Notes: generated from the sequence alone by a model not told the origin. A stretch of DNA of 63,814 bases, filler included, from 12 parts of 12 records of this genome joined end to end with filler, not necessarily neighbours in it, one strand, 5' to 3'. Shown: positions 20,316 through 32,008, numbered from the whole stretch's first letter. Numbers and translations are program-made.

Positions 20316-22870
20316 ATGGACGCTGCCAACCGCCGGCTGAATCGCGTGTGCGCGCACGTCACCGCTACGGATGCGGCCTCCAAGTGCGCCCCCGGCCGGC
20401 TCGCCGGGCCGATCAGCGGAACAGGATGTCGCTGACGGTGACCGACAACCGGTCGGGCGACACGTACGAGGTACCGATCATGGCGAGTGTCGAGGCGACC
20501 AAGCCGGGGATGTGCAAGGCCAACGACTTCAAGAAGCTCCGGTGCGTATTAACAGCCCCGGAACCCTCCGGAATTCCGGCAGGATGTACGACCCCGGGTA
20601 CGTGAACACAGCCTCGGCCACCTCCCGGATCACCTGGATCGACGGCGGTCCGTTGCCGTTGACGGCGGGTGGGGGGTTGACGGTTGGGGGTTCAGAGAAG
20701 GGGATGCTCCTCTACCGCGGCTACAACGTCATGGAACTCGCCGAGAAGAGCACTTACCTTGAGACAGCCTTCCTCTTGGTCTACGGCGAGCTGCCGTCGG
20801 CGGTGACGGGCGGCGGTTGGGGCAACGGCTGACGGTTGGGGGTTTGCAGAATCAGCTCCGGTTCTTCCAGGACCGCGTCATGTCGCACACCTACCTGCAC
20901 ACCAACCTGGAGACCTTCATGCACGTGAGACATTGGCCGCCCGGCCGCCCGCGAGCCGGCCGCAGTCCTTCCGTTATGACGCGCATCCGATGGGGATGGT
21001 TATGTCCACATTCGCGGCGCTCGGCACCTTCTACCCGCGTCAGGTAATTCCGGCTGAATTATCGATTAATTCACTAGTGTTGAGCGCGCTGACACGAGTT
21101 GTTTGTGTACAGAATCCTTCGCTCGTGCACCAGGGCGCTTCGATCTACAAAGACGTTGAGGTGCCGTTGCTGCCGTTAAGCCCCGAACCGACGAGTAACG
21201 GACTAATTCTTGGGCTGCAGCTCAGGAACAAGCAAGTGCACCGGATCCTCGGAAAGGCAATCACGGTCGCGGCCAACGCGTACCGGTGGGCTAAAAATAG
21301 CCGCGCCGTTGGTGATTAACGGACAGCCACCGGGTGGGCAAGCCGTACAACACCCCGAGCAACTCTCTCGGGTGAGCGCTCGCCCGCCATTTAATTATTA
21401 GTCGAGCGACCACCGGTGAGATGATGACGACTAGCCAAAGATGAGCTCAACAGCCGTGAGATAATTCAACGGCGAGAAGTACCGCTGAGACCTGGCGGGG
21501 CTCGGCTAAAAATAGCACACGGCGGTTGGGGATTGATCGCGTGTGTGCGGCAGTTACACTGAGAACTTCCTCTACATGATGGATCGCCTGTCCGAAGTCG
21601 ACTATGTGCCGAACCCGCAGCTGGCCAAGGCGCGTGCGCACATTTTTGAATTTGAATTCGAATCCGACGGTTGCAGGTGCTCGACGTGCTGTTCATCCTG
21701 CATGCCGACCACGAGATGAATTGCTCGACCGGTAATCGCCTTGCCATTATTAAGTAACCTCGCCGCTGAGCGCCGCCGACAGCCGCCATGCGCCACCTTT
21801 CCTCCTCGGGCGTGGACGTCTACTCGTGCATCGCTGGCGCCACCGGCGCGCTTTACGGGCCTCTGCACGGCGGCGCCTGTGAGGCGGTGCTTCGCATGCT
21901 GGACAGCATTGGCACAAAGGCACCGAATACGGCGGGCAGTGACAGCTTTTTTGACTGTTTTTGGGCAGGCTGACGTCCCTCAGTTCATCCAGGACGTTAA
22001 GGACCGGAAGAAGAAGCTGATGGGCTTCGGGTGCGGCCATAGTCTCTCGTCGAAGTCTCATCGGGTGCAGGCATCGGGTCTACAAGAACTATGACCCTCG
22101 TGCAAAGATTGTGCGCCAGCTGGCTGACAAGGCACTCCGCCGGTCGTGCGCGGCTGCTCACAACCAGTTGTGCAGGTCTTCTCGATCTTGGGTCGTGATC
22201 CGTACATCGAGATTGCTATGGAGGTGAGCGGTCGATGCGATGCGCCGGGGCTGAGCGTTGGCGTGTAGCTCGAAGCGATTGCTCTCAAGGATCCGTATTT
22301 CATCGAGCGCAAGCTGTAAGCTGCCTTAATTATTCAATCTGTCTATCCACTTGCCCTGGGTGTTGATATTGTGCCGGATGGGTTTGGCAAACTCCGAGCA
22401 GCTGAAAGAGTGTCGAAACAGGTACCCGAACGTTGACTTCTACTCGGGCCTGATCTACAAGACCATGGGCTTCCCAACCGACATGTTCCCCGTCCTCTTT
22501 ATGATCCCTCGGTGACCTAACAATCTAGCTAACCCATCCAGTGCAACATGTTGCGCTGACACGGCCTCCAGGTGCGCTGGCTGGCTCTCCCACTGGGTCG
22601 AGCTCCAGGACGACCCCGAGCTTCGGATCATTCGGCCCCGCCAGCAGGCACCAGCCGGCTTGGTGTTGAGCTAACAGCTGGGCAGTTCCTCGGCTCGATG
22701 GGCCGGACTTACGAGCCAATGGCGCAGCGCAAGGTTTGATTGATTGGCTTATTAATTGACCCGATTTGGTGATGATTAAGTCGCTCACTGGAGGGCTGCA
22801 GGAGTTCGAATTTCCGCTCAAGTCGTATCAGAGCCCTTCATCTGTCCGCAGGAACGGGGTGGCTCAGTGA
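20316..22870 (+). CDS. Peroxisomal/glyoxysomal citrate synthase (plant CSY-like), 19 introns
   Basis: The spliced product contains [66 protein letters not shown] and RPRQ. The first exon encodes PTS2-like RLNRVCAHV. Confidence 0.95.
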
Positions 22871-23136
22871 TTTCGAGTCGCGTGACTGCTGCCACCGCCG
22901 GCGATGCGTCGAATAATAATATTGATGTAGTCTGTGGTGGGCACGAGCTTGGCTGGATGTCTGTAGCTGGAGCTGTTGATGGTAAGGTCTTGCTTGTTTG
23001 GAAAGCGTTCGATTGTACATGAGACGGGTGTTGCTGAAGCAGCAAGTCAGTAACGATTCAATGCGATCGATCGGAAGGTCGTGTGAACCTGTTTGAACTT
23101 AATTAAAAAAGTTTCATGATCAGTTTTAATATCTGT

Positions 23137-23174
23137 GAGGTTACTGCGAGGTTACTGTAAGGTTACTGCGAGGT
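23137..23174. repeat. 11-nt tandem repeat (GAGGTTACTGC), about 3.5 copies
   Basis: Read directly from the sequence. Confidence 0.85.
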
Positions 23175-23349
23175 GTGGATGTTATGTGAATGTAAGATTT
23201 TCGCCACCCTACCGCCACCCACGCACATGCATAATCAATTTTGGCGACTGGTCAGACCATTCAATCGAACCCGAACCCGCAGGGAGGAACTGAATTTCTT
23301 TTTCCGCAACTTCGGACACCCCGTTCGCTCTGTGCAAGTACGGACAGGC

Positions 23350-23379
23350 ATGGGAGGGTGCGGCTCGAGCTCGGACGAC
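23350..23379 (+). CDS. Start of a probable N-acylated protein (MGGCGSSSDD), truncated by the contig end
   Basis: ATG-Gly start with a nearby Cys/Ser, typical of myristoylation/palmitoylation; only 10 codons are visible. Confidence 0.35.
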
Positions 23380-23587
23380 NNNNNNNNNNNNNNNNNNNNN
23401 NNNNNNNNNNNNNNNNNNNNNNNTTAATTAATTAANNNNNNNNNNNNNNNNNNNNNNNNNNNNNNNNNNNNNNNNNNNNGAATTGTCGGCCTCAATGAAA
23501 TAAGTCAGTTGTGATAATTATAGTATAAGCCCCAATCAACTAATTACTTCAGCACCCGTAGATAGGAATAGTGCAACGAGTATGTGT

Positions 23588-23618
23588 ACAACAGATTAAC
23601 AACAGATTAACAACAGAT
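23588..23618. repeat. 11-nt tandem repeat (ACAACAGATTA), about 2.8 copies
   Basis: Read directly from the sequence, just downstream of the symporter stop codon. Confidence 0.8.
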
Positions 23619-25114
23619 CTAGTGACCACGCCTCTTTATTTTGAAACAATTAATCGCTGAGGGCATTGCAACATGGTAAGTATCCATCTTCGCTTGGCTA
23701 CTTGAATAAAATTGTGGGTCTTCAGCTATCGCAGAGCAAACATAAACAAATGTGGACGCCACCAGTGCACAGGTGAAAGGATGGCAGCCGCCATGGTATC
23801 GACCTAGCCAAAACATGGACTCTCCGACAACAAACGAGGCGGTAGCACTGTTCAGACCACCAAAGTTGCTGAGCAGCCCGAAGCACAATGCAGGCACCAG
23901 TCCCGCACTTCCGATTGCAGCAGCTTCTTCTACCAAACCGAATACAGATTCAGATAAAAATGCCATCAGGAAGGCTGCAGCACCGCACGCCACAACACAG
24001 CACTGTGAAATCAGCAGTTTCTCTCCATTCGAGCCAGTTCTAGCCACGTATGGGAGAACAAAGTCGTGTGTGAGTATAGAGCCGGCAGCCAGCAGTGTCG
24101 AGTCGATTGTGGTGAGCACAGCTCCGACCAGCGCACTGCAGAACACGACCCCACCGACCGGCCCAAAGTGGCGCTGGGCTAGCAACGGTAGCAAGTCCTC
24201 GCGGGTATCGCTGCCATCGACAATTTGATTGGTCTGATGGCGGTGCGCTAGCAGTCCGAGCAACGGTGGTAGCATCCCGATGGTCAGGTAGAGCAGGGCG
24301 GCCAGAATGGATGAGAGCCTGACTGTGCCGGTGCTCCGAGCCGCCAACGCCTTGGCCACGACCTCCTGACTCATCATTCCCCCAAACACAGACACCACCA
24401 GGCCCTCCACCGGGGCCAGCGCCTGCGTCTCGGCCGCGGCCAGCTGACTGTGCACTCGCGAGGCCGCCTGGATAGAACTGGTGATGCCGCCATGTGAGGC
24501 CACCTCACACCAGCTGAGTGCCCCGAGCCCTCCGATCAGCACCGCACCCTGAATCAGATCGTTCAGTGCGTCCGCGTACGCCCCGCCTATGCACGTGTAG
24601 CCGGTTATCACCGCCATTGTCACCGCCCGACCCGGTAACAGCGGCACCCCAAACGATCCAACCACTTGCTCCAACGACCGGATCTGAGCCGCAGCCCATA
24701 GCAGCGACGACGGCAGGCACACCAGCGCGTACATCGCCTGCGCCGACTCAGCGAGGCCACCCGGCGGCACACCCCAAACCAGCCAGCGTATCGCCGCGAG
24801 AGCATCCGGCCGACGGTGAGCTCCCCCGCCGCCCGGACCACCGACCCGAACACCACGCAGGTGAGCACCAGCGCCAGCGCGAACCCGATCGGGTCGACCA
24901 GCACGCTGCCCAGCCCGGAGCGGTGGACGCGGGCGGCCGACCCTATGCAGGTCTCGGCGCCGAACCAGGTGGCGAACAGGCCCATCGAGGTAAAGAGCAG
25001 GCCCTGCGACCGGCCGGCCGTGAAGAGATCGCGGTGCTGCCGAACGGCCCGGGCCGCCAGCCAGAGCACCACAGCCTGGGTGCACCCGACGCACAGCAGC
25101 AGGGCTGCAAGCAT
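23619..25114 (-). CDS. Sodium:solute symporter (SSS/SLC5; choline/proline transporter-like)
   Basis: DLFTAGRS, FATWFGAET, YTCIGGAYADALNDLIQG and AVLTTIDSTLLA; many TM helices; one 35-nt GT-AG intron near 24738-24772. Confidence 0.88.
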
Positions 25115-25364
25115 TGCTGGATTTCCGTTATTGCACTGCCTGCGTCGAGGTGGCCGGATGCTCGAAGAGGGGCGACGCCTTCGGGCACTCCTCGCAGTGG
25201 CCCCGCCCGGTCGCCACCCGGACCGAATAACGGAAACCCCCGAGCCTGGAATGAGCGCGGCAGTGCCCGAAGGCGCCCCGCCCGGTCGCCACCCCTCCCC
25301 ATCCGGGGCCGGCGCCAGATAGACTCGTGCGAGCCCGCGTGTCTATCCGGCGTCCGTGCCGCAG

Positions 25365-28300
25365 ATGGGCAGGGGCGACGACCCGACTTGCGACAGCGAG
25401 CCGCCCGGGCCTGCCGACGGCCTGGAGGGCCTCGCGGTGGAGGTCGGGCCCGATGTGTCGGCTGGTCAGCTGCGAAGAGAGACAGGAGGGCTCTGGATGG
25501 CTGAATGCGTGGACGATATCGATACCGAGACCCTGCTGCGCCAAGACGCGATCCAGGGCCAGACCGACAGACCCGATGCCGACCGTGCTCTGGGCTCCCC
25601 CCGGCCGCCCGAGCAAGCCCCGGCGGTCGAGTCAGCTTGGTCGATCAGGCCGAGTTTCAACCTGAAGATGGCCATACGGGACACCCTGCTGGTCACGTGC
25701 TCGGCCCTGGTCGGGTTTGTACCGGATGTCCGAGTTTGGGTGGGAGAAAACGCAGCGCTGCTTCCCCTGACGGCTATGATTGTTCAGATGCGCGCTTTTA
25801 GTCAAACATCCATTGGTGCCGTGCTTGACGCGACAGTTTGGTTCGCGCTAGTGGTCACTGCCCTGCAGGCGATCGCACTCGCCATTGCTGAAGTGCTGCC
25901 GCACGAGCAATGGTGGTTTCTCTGTTGTAATTTCATGGTCACCCTGGTATCGTTTTTTCTGTGTCACACGTACCCTCGAGTTAGGCTCCCAGTGGCACTG
26001 GGGCTGTCTTTATTCGCTGGTACATTGGCAAACCTCTTTTCAGTGCACAATTTTTCAGATCTCACGTCCACAGCAGACCGCCGCAGGGAGTCTATCAAAC
26101 AAGTATGGACCACCATTTTCGCGTCGCACATCCCGCTGGCGATCAACCTTTTTACTGCACTAACCATATTCCCATACTCTGCGCGGGGCAAAGTCCTTGA
26201 GAAGCAACAGCAAGGTTGGGCCTTGACCGAGGAAGCTCTCACTCAAGTGGCAACTGCGTTTGATAGCATGGTCGCCCAGATCACAAAGCAGCAGCAAGAT
26301 GCGCAGATGGACTACATGGAGCTCTTTGGCCTAGATGAGCTTCACCAGCTCTGCGTGGCACAACAAGCAGAGTTCCTTGGCGCCCGGACCTACATACTAG
26401 CCTCGCATTCAGAGACCGCACTGTCCTTTACTGGGCGCGGGTACGAATCGATTCAAAACTACCGGCTCATTAAGCCGAGCAATCGCATCTTCCGGCAACT
26501 CGTCCATCGTCTGGAGCAGCAGGCCATACAGTTCAAGGAGCGAGCTGCAGCTGCGAACAATGAAGCGGCAGAGGACAACAAAGACGAGGGTGCTGTGGAA
26601 GGCAGCTATGCAGAGGGACTGCAGCACGGTCAGGAAGAGCTCAAGAATCTTGTAGCCTGCAGCACTGCTTTCCTTACGAGCCTCTCCGAAGCTTGTCCGC
26701 AACTAGGCCTCGTATTCACCGAGGCGTGCCGGGACAAGGCTTCACTTGCACCGTTGCAGGCCGCTCTTGATAAGTCTGAGCAGCAACTTGCCGCGTTGTG
26801 GAGCAGTTACTCGGACTGGACAGTAGCGCACGGACTCGCACAGCAGCAGCGTCGCACAGAGTTGGGTTCGTTTGAGCTGTTTGTCCTCAACTATGTAGAA
26901 CTGGCAGCCCAACTGATGCAAGAATACAAGGTGATGCTTGGTGCGAAGGAAGCGTGGGTGGATGGTCAAGAATGGAACCAGTGCGCAATGCGGTTCTCCG
27001 ATTTTCAGCGAGTGGCTTTGAATCTGTCGAGTGCCTTGTTGCCACAGTTCAAGGATGGCCCACTGACAGGGCTCGAGTGCGGGCTAAAGTGGTACCAACG
27101 AGCCTACCATAAGGTAGCATTCGCCTTGCACACCGAGGCATTCAAAAATGGGATCAAGGCCGCTATAGTCTCTTCCATTCTCATCTCGTTCGCCTTCTAT
27201 TCAGACACACAGTTCTGGTTCAAGTCCTCTTCGATGGCCAATGCCATGGCAGCTGCTTTCTCGGTTCTGCGCCAGCTTCATCTTGGCCTACAGCACGATA
27301 GGCTGATACAACGCACAATGGGATACTTGGGTGGCTATGTACTGGCAGCAGGAATGCTGTCCTTCTCATTCACCCAAGGCAATCCTCAGAAATGGCTTCT
27401 TAACGGGTGGCTCAACTTCATGCTGGTAATGCCGCTGTACAGCCTCATGGCATGGACAAAGCTGAACTGGCCTGCCCGCTTTTATACCTTCTATAGTATT
27501 ACTAAGGAGTACTGCGCGACCTCGCTGATTGTATTGGCAACTTGCTCACCTGTTACAGACAGTACTCCTTGGAAACATGGAGGCTATGTGGTCCTCAACA
27601 CGTTCATTGGAGCACTGCTGGCCAACATCATCGGAATGCTGATCTTCCCGATGACTGGCCTCAGTTCTCTGAGGGCGCTCCTATCAACCGCCTTTAGCAA
27701 CTTTGTGTTCCTTGTGGAGACTGTACAGTACTTGAACGTTGCCAATGTTCCCTTTGAAGCCACAGCACCTCCAACTGCTCAAACAAGCATTCTGAAGCAC
27801 AGCGGAGAAGCATCCGAGATCATTGACATCGATCAGCTAAAAGGGGAACTGAGAGATCTTGAGAACTTTCTTGGAGAACTCCTTCACTTGGAGGCTCCGA
27901 CACTTATGAAAGCAATCCGCGTTGATCCTATCCATCTGCAAGGGAAAGACATGCCGCCTGAGCTTGCGGAGAGCGCAATATCTGCTACCAAAGCATTGTG
28001 GTTGAATTTGTGGAGCTTTCATCATACTCTCAAAGATCCATTGCGTGATTTGGGCGTGCCAGAGAATGATCCACTGATACTACACTCTCGCTACCTGCGC
28101 TTGCTGTGCTCACGATGGATTTCAGTTGCACTTCAAGCTGTTGCCATGTATTTGGGGCAATCATCGGTGCTTATCGCTCCGCCGCCGCTGCTCCGCCCGA
28201 CTATTAGCACGCCAAGTGTCGTGGCACAGCAGCTGCGTCGGATGACTGGGGACATGGATGTGTCGCATTTGTCTCCCGAATTGGCCTTGAGAGCTTCATT

Positions 28301-28472
28301 AGAGATACTTTCGACTCAAAGAATCGTTATCGAGATCAGTCAGAGTGTAGAGACATTGTTTGACTTTCTGGAAGCTACCATACCAGCGCCATCTTTTGGT
28401 GCAAACTTAAAACTGAAAACCGACGAAATCCAGGCCGACTTTCTCGGCTTACTAAAGTCGAAGTGCTCATAA
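25365..28472 (+). CDS. ALMT/aromatic acid exporter (FUSC-like) membrane protein
   Basis: Intronless ORF of about 1035 aa with two hydrophobic blocks of about 5-6 TM helices, each ending in IFP (IFPYSAR, IFPMTG) and followed by helical cytosolic regions; RLIQRTMGYLGG motif. Confidence 0.7.
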   Translation: MGRGDDPTCDSEPPGPADGLEGLAVEVGPDVSAGQLRRETGGLWMAECVDDIDTETLLRQDAIQGQTDRPDADRALGSPRPPEQAPAVESAWSIRPSFNLKMAIRDTLLVTCSALVGFVPDVRVWVGENAALLPLTAMIVQMRAFSQTSIGAVLDATVWFALVVTALQAIALAIAEVLPHEQWWFLCCNFMVTLVSFFLCHTYPRVRLPVALGLSLFAGTLANLFSVHNFSDLTSTADRRRESIKQVWTTIFASHIPLAINLFTALTIFPYSARGKVLEKQQQGWALTEEALTQVATAFDSMVAQITKQQQDAQMDYMELFGLDELHQLCVAQQAEFLGARTYILASHSETALSFTGRGYESIQNYRLIKPSNRIFRQLVHRLEQQAIQFKERAAAANNEAAEDNKDEGAVEGSYAEGLQHGQEELKNLVACSTAFLTSLSEACPQLGLVFTEACRDKASLAPLQAALDKSEQQLAALWSSYSDWTVAHGLAQQQRRTELGSFELFVLNYVELAAQLMQEYKVMLGAKEAWVDGQEWNQCAMRFSDFQRVALNLSSALLPQFKDGPLTGLECGLKWYQRAYHKVAFALHTEAFKNGIKAAIVSSILISFAFYSDTQFWFKSSSMANAMAAAFSVLRQLHLGLQHDRLIQRTMGYLGGYVLAAGMLSFSFTQGNPQKWLLNGWLNFMLVMPLYSLMAWTKLNWPARFYTFYSITKEYCATSLIVLATCSPVTDSTPWKHGGYVVLNTFIGALLANIIGMLIFPMTGLSSLRALLSTAFSNFVFLVETVQYLNVANVPFEATAPPTAQTSILKHSGEASEIIDIDQLKGELRDLENFLGELLHLEAPTLMKAIRVDPIHLQGKDMPPELAESAISATKALWLNLWSFHHTLKDPLRDLGVPENDPLILHSRYLRLLCSRWISVALQAVAMYLGQSSVLIAPPPLLRPTISTPSVVAQQLRRMTGDMDVSHLSPELALRASLEILSTQRIVIEISQSVETLFDFLEATIPAPSFGANLKLKTDEIQADFLGLLKSKCS

Positions 28473-28637
28473 ATCGAAGCATGATTGAACGCAATAAATG
28501 CCTTATTGTAATTCACAAAACTCTAAATCTTAAAAATAACAATGTGCACATCACATCGCACACCCGTCGCTCGCGTAGATCTAATTCTTGACCTTCTTCT
28601 TTCAAGACTTGTCATGAATGTCAGCAGTCGCCGTTGC

Positions 28638-29696
28638 TCACTCGAAATCTAGGAGCCGGAGCGGCTCATTCCGCCAGCACAGCCTGGCTTGATCCGCCGG
28701 GGCAGCCAGTCGGCTGATCGCCGCCATCTCATCTTCAGAAAGCGCGATCCCTGCACGGACGCAGTCCGCGTTCTCAGCCATCCGATCAGGCTGGCTGCTC
28801 TTGGGCACAACCGCAAACCCTTGCTCGAGCGCCCAACGGAGCAACACTTGGGCAGGAGTAGCCCCGTGCGCCTCGGCAGCCGCAACCACTGGGGCTGCCT
28901 CCAGCAGCCGACCGCCGAGGCTCGCCCACTTGGCTTTGCCGGTGTCCTGCCCTCCAAGCGACGCATAGGCTTGCAGCAGAATCCCTTCCTTTCGGCAATA
29001 GGCCGCCAGCTCTGCTTGAGGCAGCAACGGGTGGCACTCTACTTGATTCACGGCCGGCGGCCACACTGTCGCGCTCTGCTTCAGCGCCTCCAGTTGCGGC
29101 ACCGTAAAGTTCGACACCCCGATAGCCCGAGCTCTGCCCTGCCGGAATGCCGTCTCCATTGCCCGCCAAGTCTCGGCTCGCAACGCCTGGATCTCCGACT
29201 GGCCGTGCCCTCGGGCCGCGTAGTGCCATCGGCCGTGCTGCTCCATGAGCTGCTTGGAGCGAGACATGGACGTCCAAGCTGGGCCGGGCCAGTGCATCAG
29301 CCACAGGTCTACAGAATCTAGCTGGAGCCTGCCCAGACTCTTCTCCAGGCACACCAGCGCCTGCGCGTAGCCGTGATACTTGCGCCAGTGCTTGGTGGTC
29401 ACAAAGCACTCCTCTCTACTCCCGAGCGTGCCTTCCGCCAGCGCTCGCTGGATCGCCCGGCCCACCGCGGCCTCGCACCGCTCGCCGGCATATACGAACG
29501 CGGTATCGATCTGCCGGTATCCCTCGCGGAGGGCCGCCAGCGTGGCACCCTCGGCCTGACCGTCCTTCAGCCTGTAGGTGCCAAAGCCAACCCATGGCAT
29601 CAGTACCCCACCTCCCAGCTCGGCGCTGTCGGTCAGCCCGCGAGCCTCAGCGGCCCGCATCGCCCGGAAAAAGGGCGCAGGTCTGGCACGCTTCAT
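28638..29696 (-). CDS. Aldo-keto reductase (start may extend upstream)
   Basis: MPWVGFGTY, IDTAFVY, TTKHW, LWLMHWP, AIGVSNF, NQVECHP, QAYASLG and AQVLLRWALE. Confidence 0.92.
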   Translation of the reverse strand: MKRARPAPFFRAMRAAEARGLTDSAELGGGVLMPWVGFGTYRLKDGQAEGATLAALREGYRQIDTAFVYAGERCEAAVGRAIQRALAEGTLGSREECFVTTKHWRKYHGYAQALVCLEKSLGRLQLDSVDLWLMHWPGPAWTSMSRSKQLMEQHGRWHYAARGHGQSEIQALRAETWRAMETAFRQGRARAIGVSNFTVPQLEALKQSATVWPPAVNQVECHPLLPQAELAAYCRKEGILLQAYASLGGQDTGKAKWASLGGRLLEAAPVVAAAEAHGATPAQVLLRWALEQGFAVVPKSSQPDRMAENADCVRAGIALSEDEMAAISRLAAPADQARLCWRNEPLRLLDFE

Positions 29697-30276
29697 CGGA
29701 GTGGCTTGCCCCAAGCCGAGACTTGGAGGGCTGCCTGCTGGCTCGGGGTGTACACCGCTGCAGTCCAGCTGCCCATCGACTTGAGCCCGAGCGGCCGCGG
29801 ACACCCGCCCCAGGTCCAACACGGCCCGATCAGTCCGGTCTTGCTGCCCGGAACCGGCACGGCGGGCATCCAGCGCAGGAGTGCAGACGCGACGGTGAGC
29901 ATAACGGAAGCTGCCCACGATATGGCTGGGTGGTCTGTTCATCTGCAGTACCCGCCCACCCCGGCCGGCCAGGCCCTCCGGNNNNNNNNNNNNNNNNNNN
30001 NNNNNNNNNNNNNNNNNNNNNNNNNTTAATTAATTAANNNNNNNNNNNNNNNNNNNNNNNNNNNNNNNNNNNNNNNNNNNNCGAATGTCTGGCACCTACT
30101 CTAACCGACGAAACGGCGTATTGTAAGTAGCACCTATTGGCCTTGGTTAGAGGTAAGATGACTGTTCATCCTTGTGTGGATCCAGTGACAAATTCAGATT
30201 CAGCCAGCTACAGCCGACCGAACCAAACACCTATTGATGATCGCAACGACAACAGCCGCTGTACGAGTAGCCGGGC

Positions 30277-32008
30277 TCAAGCCGGGCTGCTGGGCTCGTC
30301 CAGCACGGCTCTCGGCGGCTCGGGCGGGTGCTCCAGTTCGACCACCCCGCCCTGCCACAGCCCGGCCATCGCCTCCCGACCGGCTTCCAGCCCCTCACTC
30401 AGCCCTGGCTCCACCAAGGCCACCCGCGCCCGCCCCAGCGAGAGCAGCCCCCGGTTCAGAAAGTCCCCACCCAGCCCACTGGCCGCCGAGCGGTAGGCCG
30501 CCGACTGGGCCGCCAGCTCGTTGGCCAGCTCCTCCTGCTTCTGCTGCTTGTCCGCGATGCGCTCGCTCTGGGCCGCACGCTGGCTCTTCAGTCGCTCGAG
30601 CTCGGCCTCGGCGTAAGCTCTGGAGAGCGCGGTCTTGGTCTGTCGCTGGCTGTTCTTCCTGTCGGCCGCCGAGCTGTTGCCCAGCCTCAGCCTGATAGAG
30701 TCGAGCATCCCGCCGGATGGAGGCTCCTCGACTGCTTCAGCTGGCTCGGCAGATAGCTTGGCCACGGCGGCCTGTCGCAGGATGAGTCTGTCCGGGGTGC
30801 GGGGTCACCTCGAGCTGCCCGATGCTCGCCTCCAGCTGGCTCAGCTGCTTGTGCGCCCTGGAGAGCTGGGCCGCCCCGTCCCGCAGCTCGCGCTCCGTCC
30901 AGTCGTACTCCTCCGCAAGCATCGCCTGCCCAGCCGATCGGCCCGGCCCAGGGTTGGGCCACCTTGGCGGCCGGCTTCTGCTGCTGCAGCCGGGCCATCC
31001 CGAGCTCGGACCCGGCCAGCAACGCTCCGAGCGAGCCGACTACCCCGAGCAGCACGCCAGCCCACCAGCCGCCGCCGCCAGACCGATCAGACTGGTCAGA
31101 CTGCTGCTGATGGCCGCCCTCGCTCTTGAGCGCCTCGAGCAGCCGAGCCGTGTCGGCGTCCTCTGGCAGCCCATGCTGCTGGAGCGCGCGGTACACCTAA
31201 GGTCCAGCTCAGCGATTGCCTGCAGCTCCGACACCTGGAGCGCTGACCGCTTCTCGCCGGCATCCATCGCACACGCCATGAGCAAGTTGCTGCCCGTCGG
31301 TCAGCGGCCCGGCACCCGACCCGGTACCAAGTGCTCGTTGCTAGCCCGGCCGCAGCCGAGCCGCTCAGTTCCTCCAGAGGCACGCTCGCCAACGTCTCCC
31401 AAGCCGGGCCGAAGCCTTGCTGCTCGGCCAGGGCCACCACCAGCTCCATCACCGGCTCGCAGCTCTCCAGCTCCCCAAACCGATACCCGAGCTGCCCCCC
31501 GCTCCAGCCCACCCGGCGGCTCCGGCCGGCACCGGCGAGAGTAGCGGGACCATCTCCGCCGCGTCGGGCAGCCGGTTGGCCTTTGCCAGTCCTGCGAGCA
31601 TCCGGCCGAGCAGCTCGGGCCTGGTCGGGCGGAGCGAGCGCTGGTGGAGCATCCCGACCGCCTGCAGGGCCTGATCCACCTGCCAATCCGCCCCCGACGA
31701 GACCGCCGCCAGCGCCGCCTCGCAGGTGCGATCGGCAAACTCTCCCGAGGCCGGCCCGGAGAGCTGGCCGACCATAGGCGAGGCCTGATCGATCGCGTTG
31801 AAGGCCGCGGCCAGCTCGCCCTGCGCCGGGTTGAGCGGGCCCGGGCAGCCGGAGGCACCTGCGAAGTTGCCAGCCGAAGCCGCTCCAGCTGCTCCTCGAG
31901 CGCTTGGGCCGGTGGGCGGCCGGTGGACGCATGCCGGGCCGGTGGCAGGAGCCAGCCCGGGCGGAGCCGCTGGAATCGCGCCGCGGAGACTAGGCGCTTG
32001 GTAAGCAT
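30277..32008 (-). CDS. Mitochondrial-targeted multi-exon protein with PPR-like helical repeats, a TM segment and a coiled coil
   Basis: Arg-rich presequence MLTKRLVSAARFQRLR; PPR-like segments (LLMACA..ALQ|VYRALQQHGL; RMLAGLAKANRLPDAAEM); hydrophobic WWAGVLLGVVGSLGALL; several small introns. Confidence 0.5.

Noticed and set aside
4555..22870. Peroxisomal gene cluster (MFP plus citrate synthase)
   Set aside because: The genes are on different contigs, so their proximity is an artefact of concatenation.
23137..23618. Short 11-nt tandem repeats as telomeric or CRISPR repeats
   Set aside because: Only about three copies each, different units, no spacers, and on separate contigs; ordinary minisatellites.
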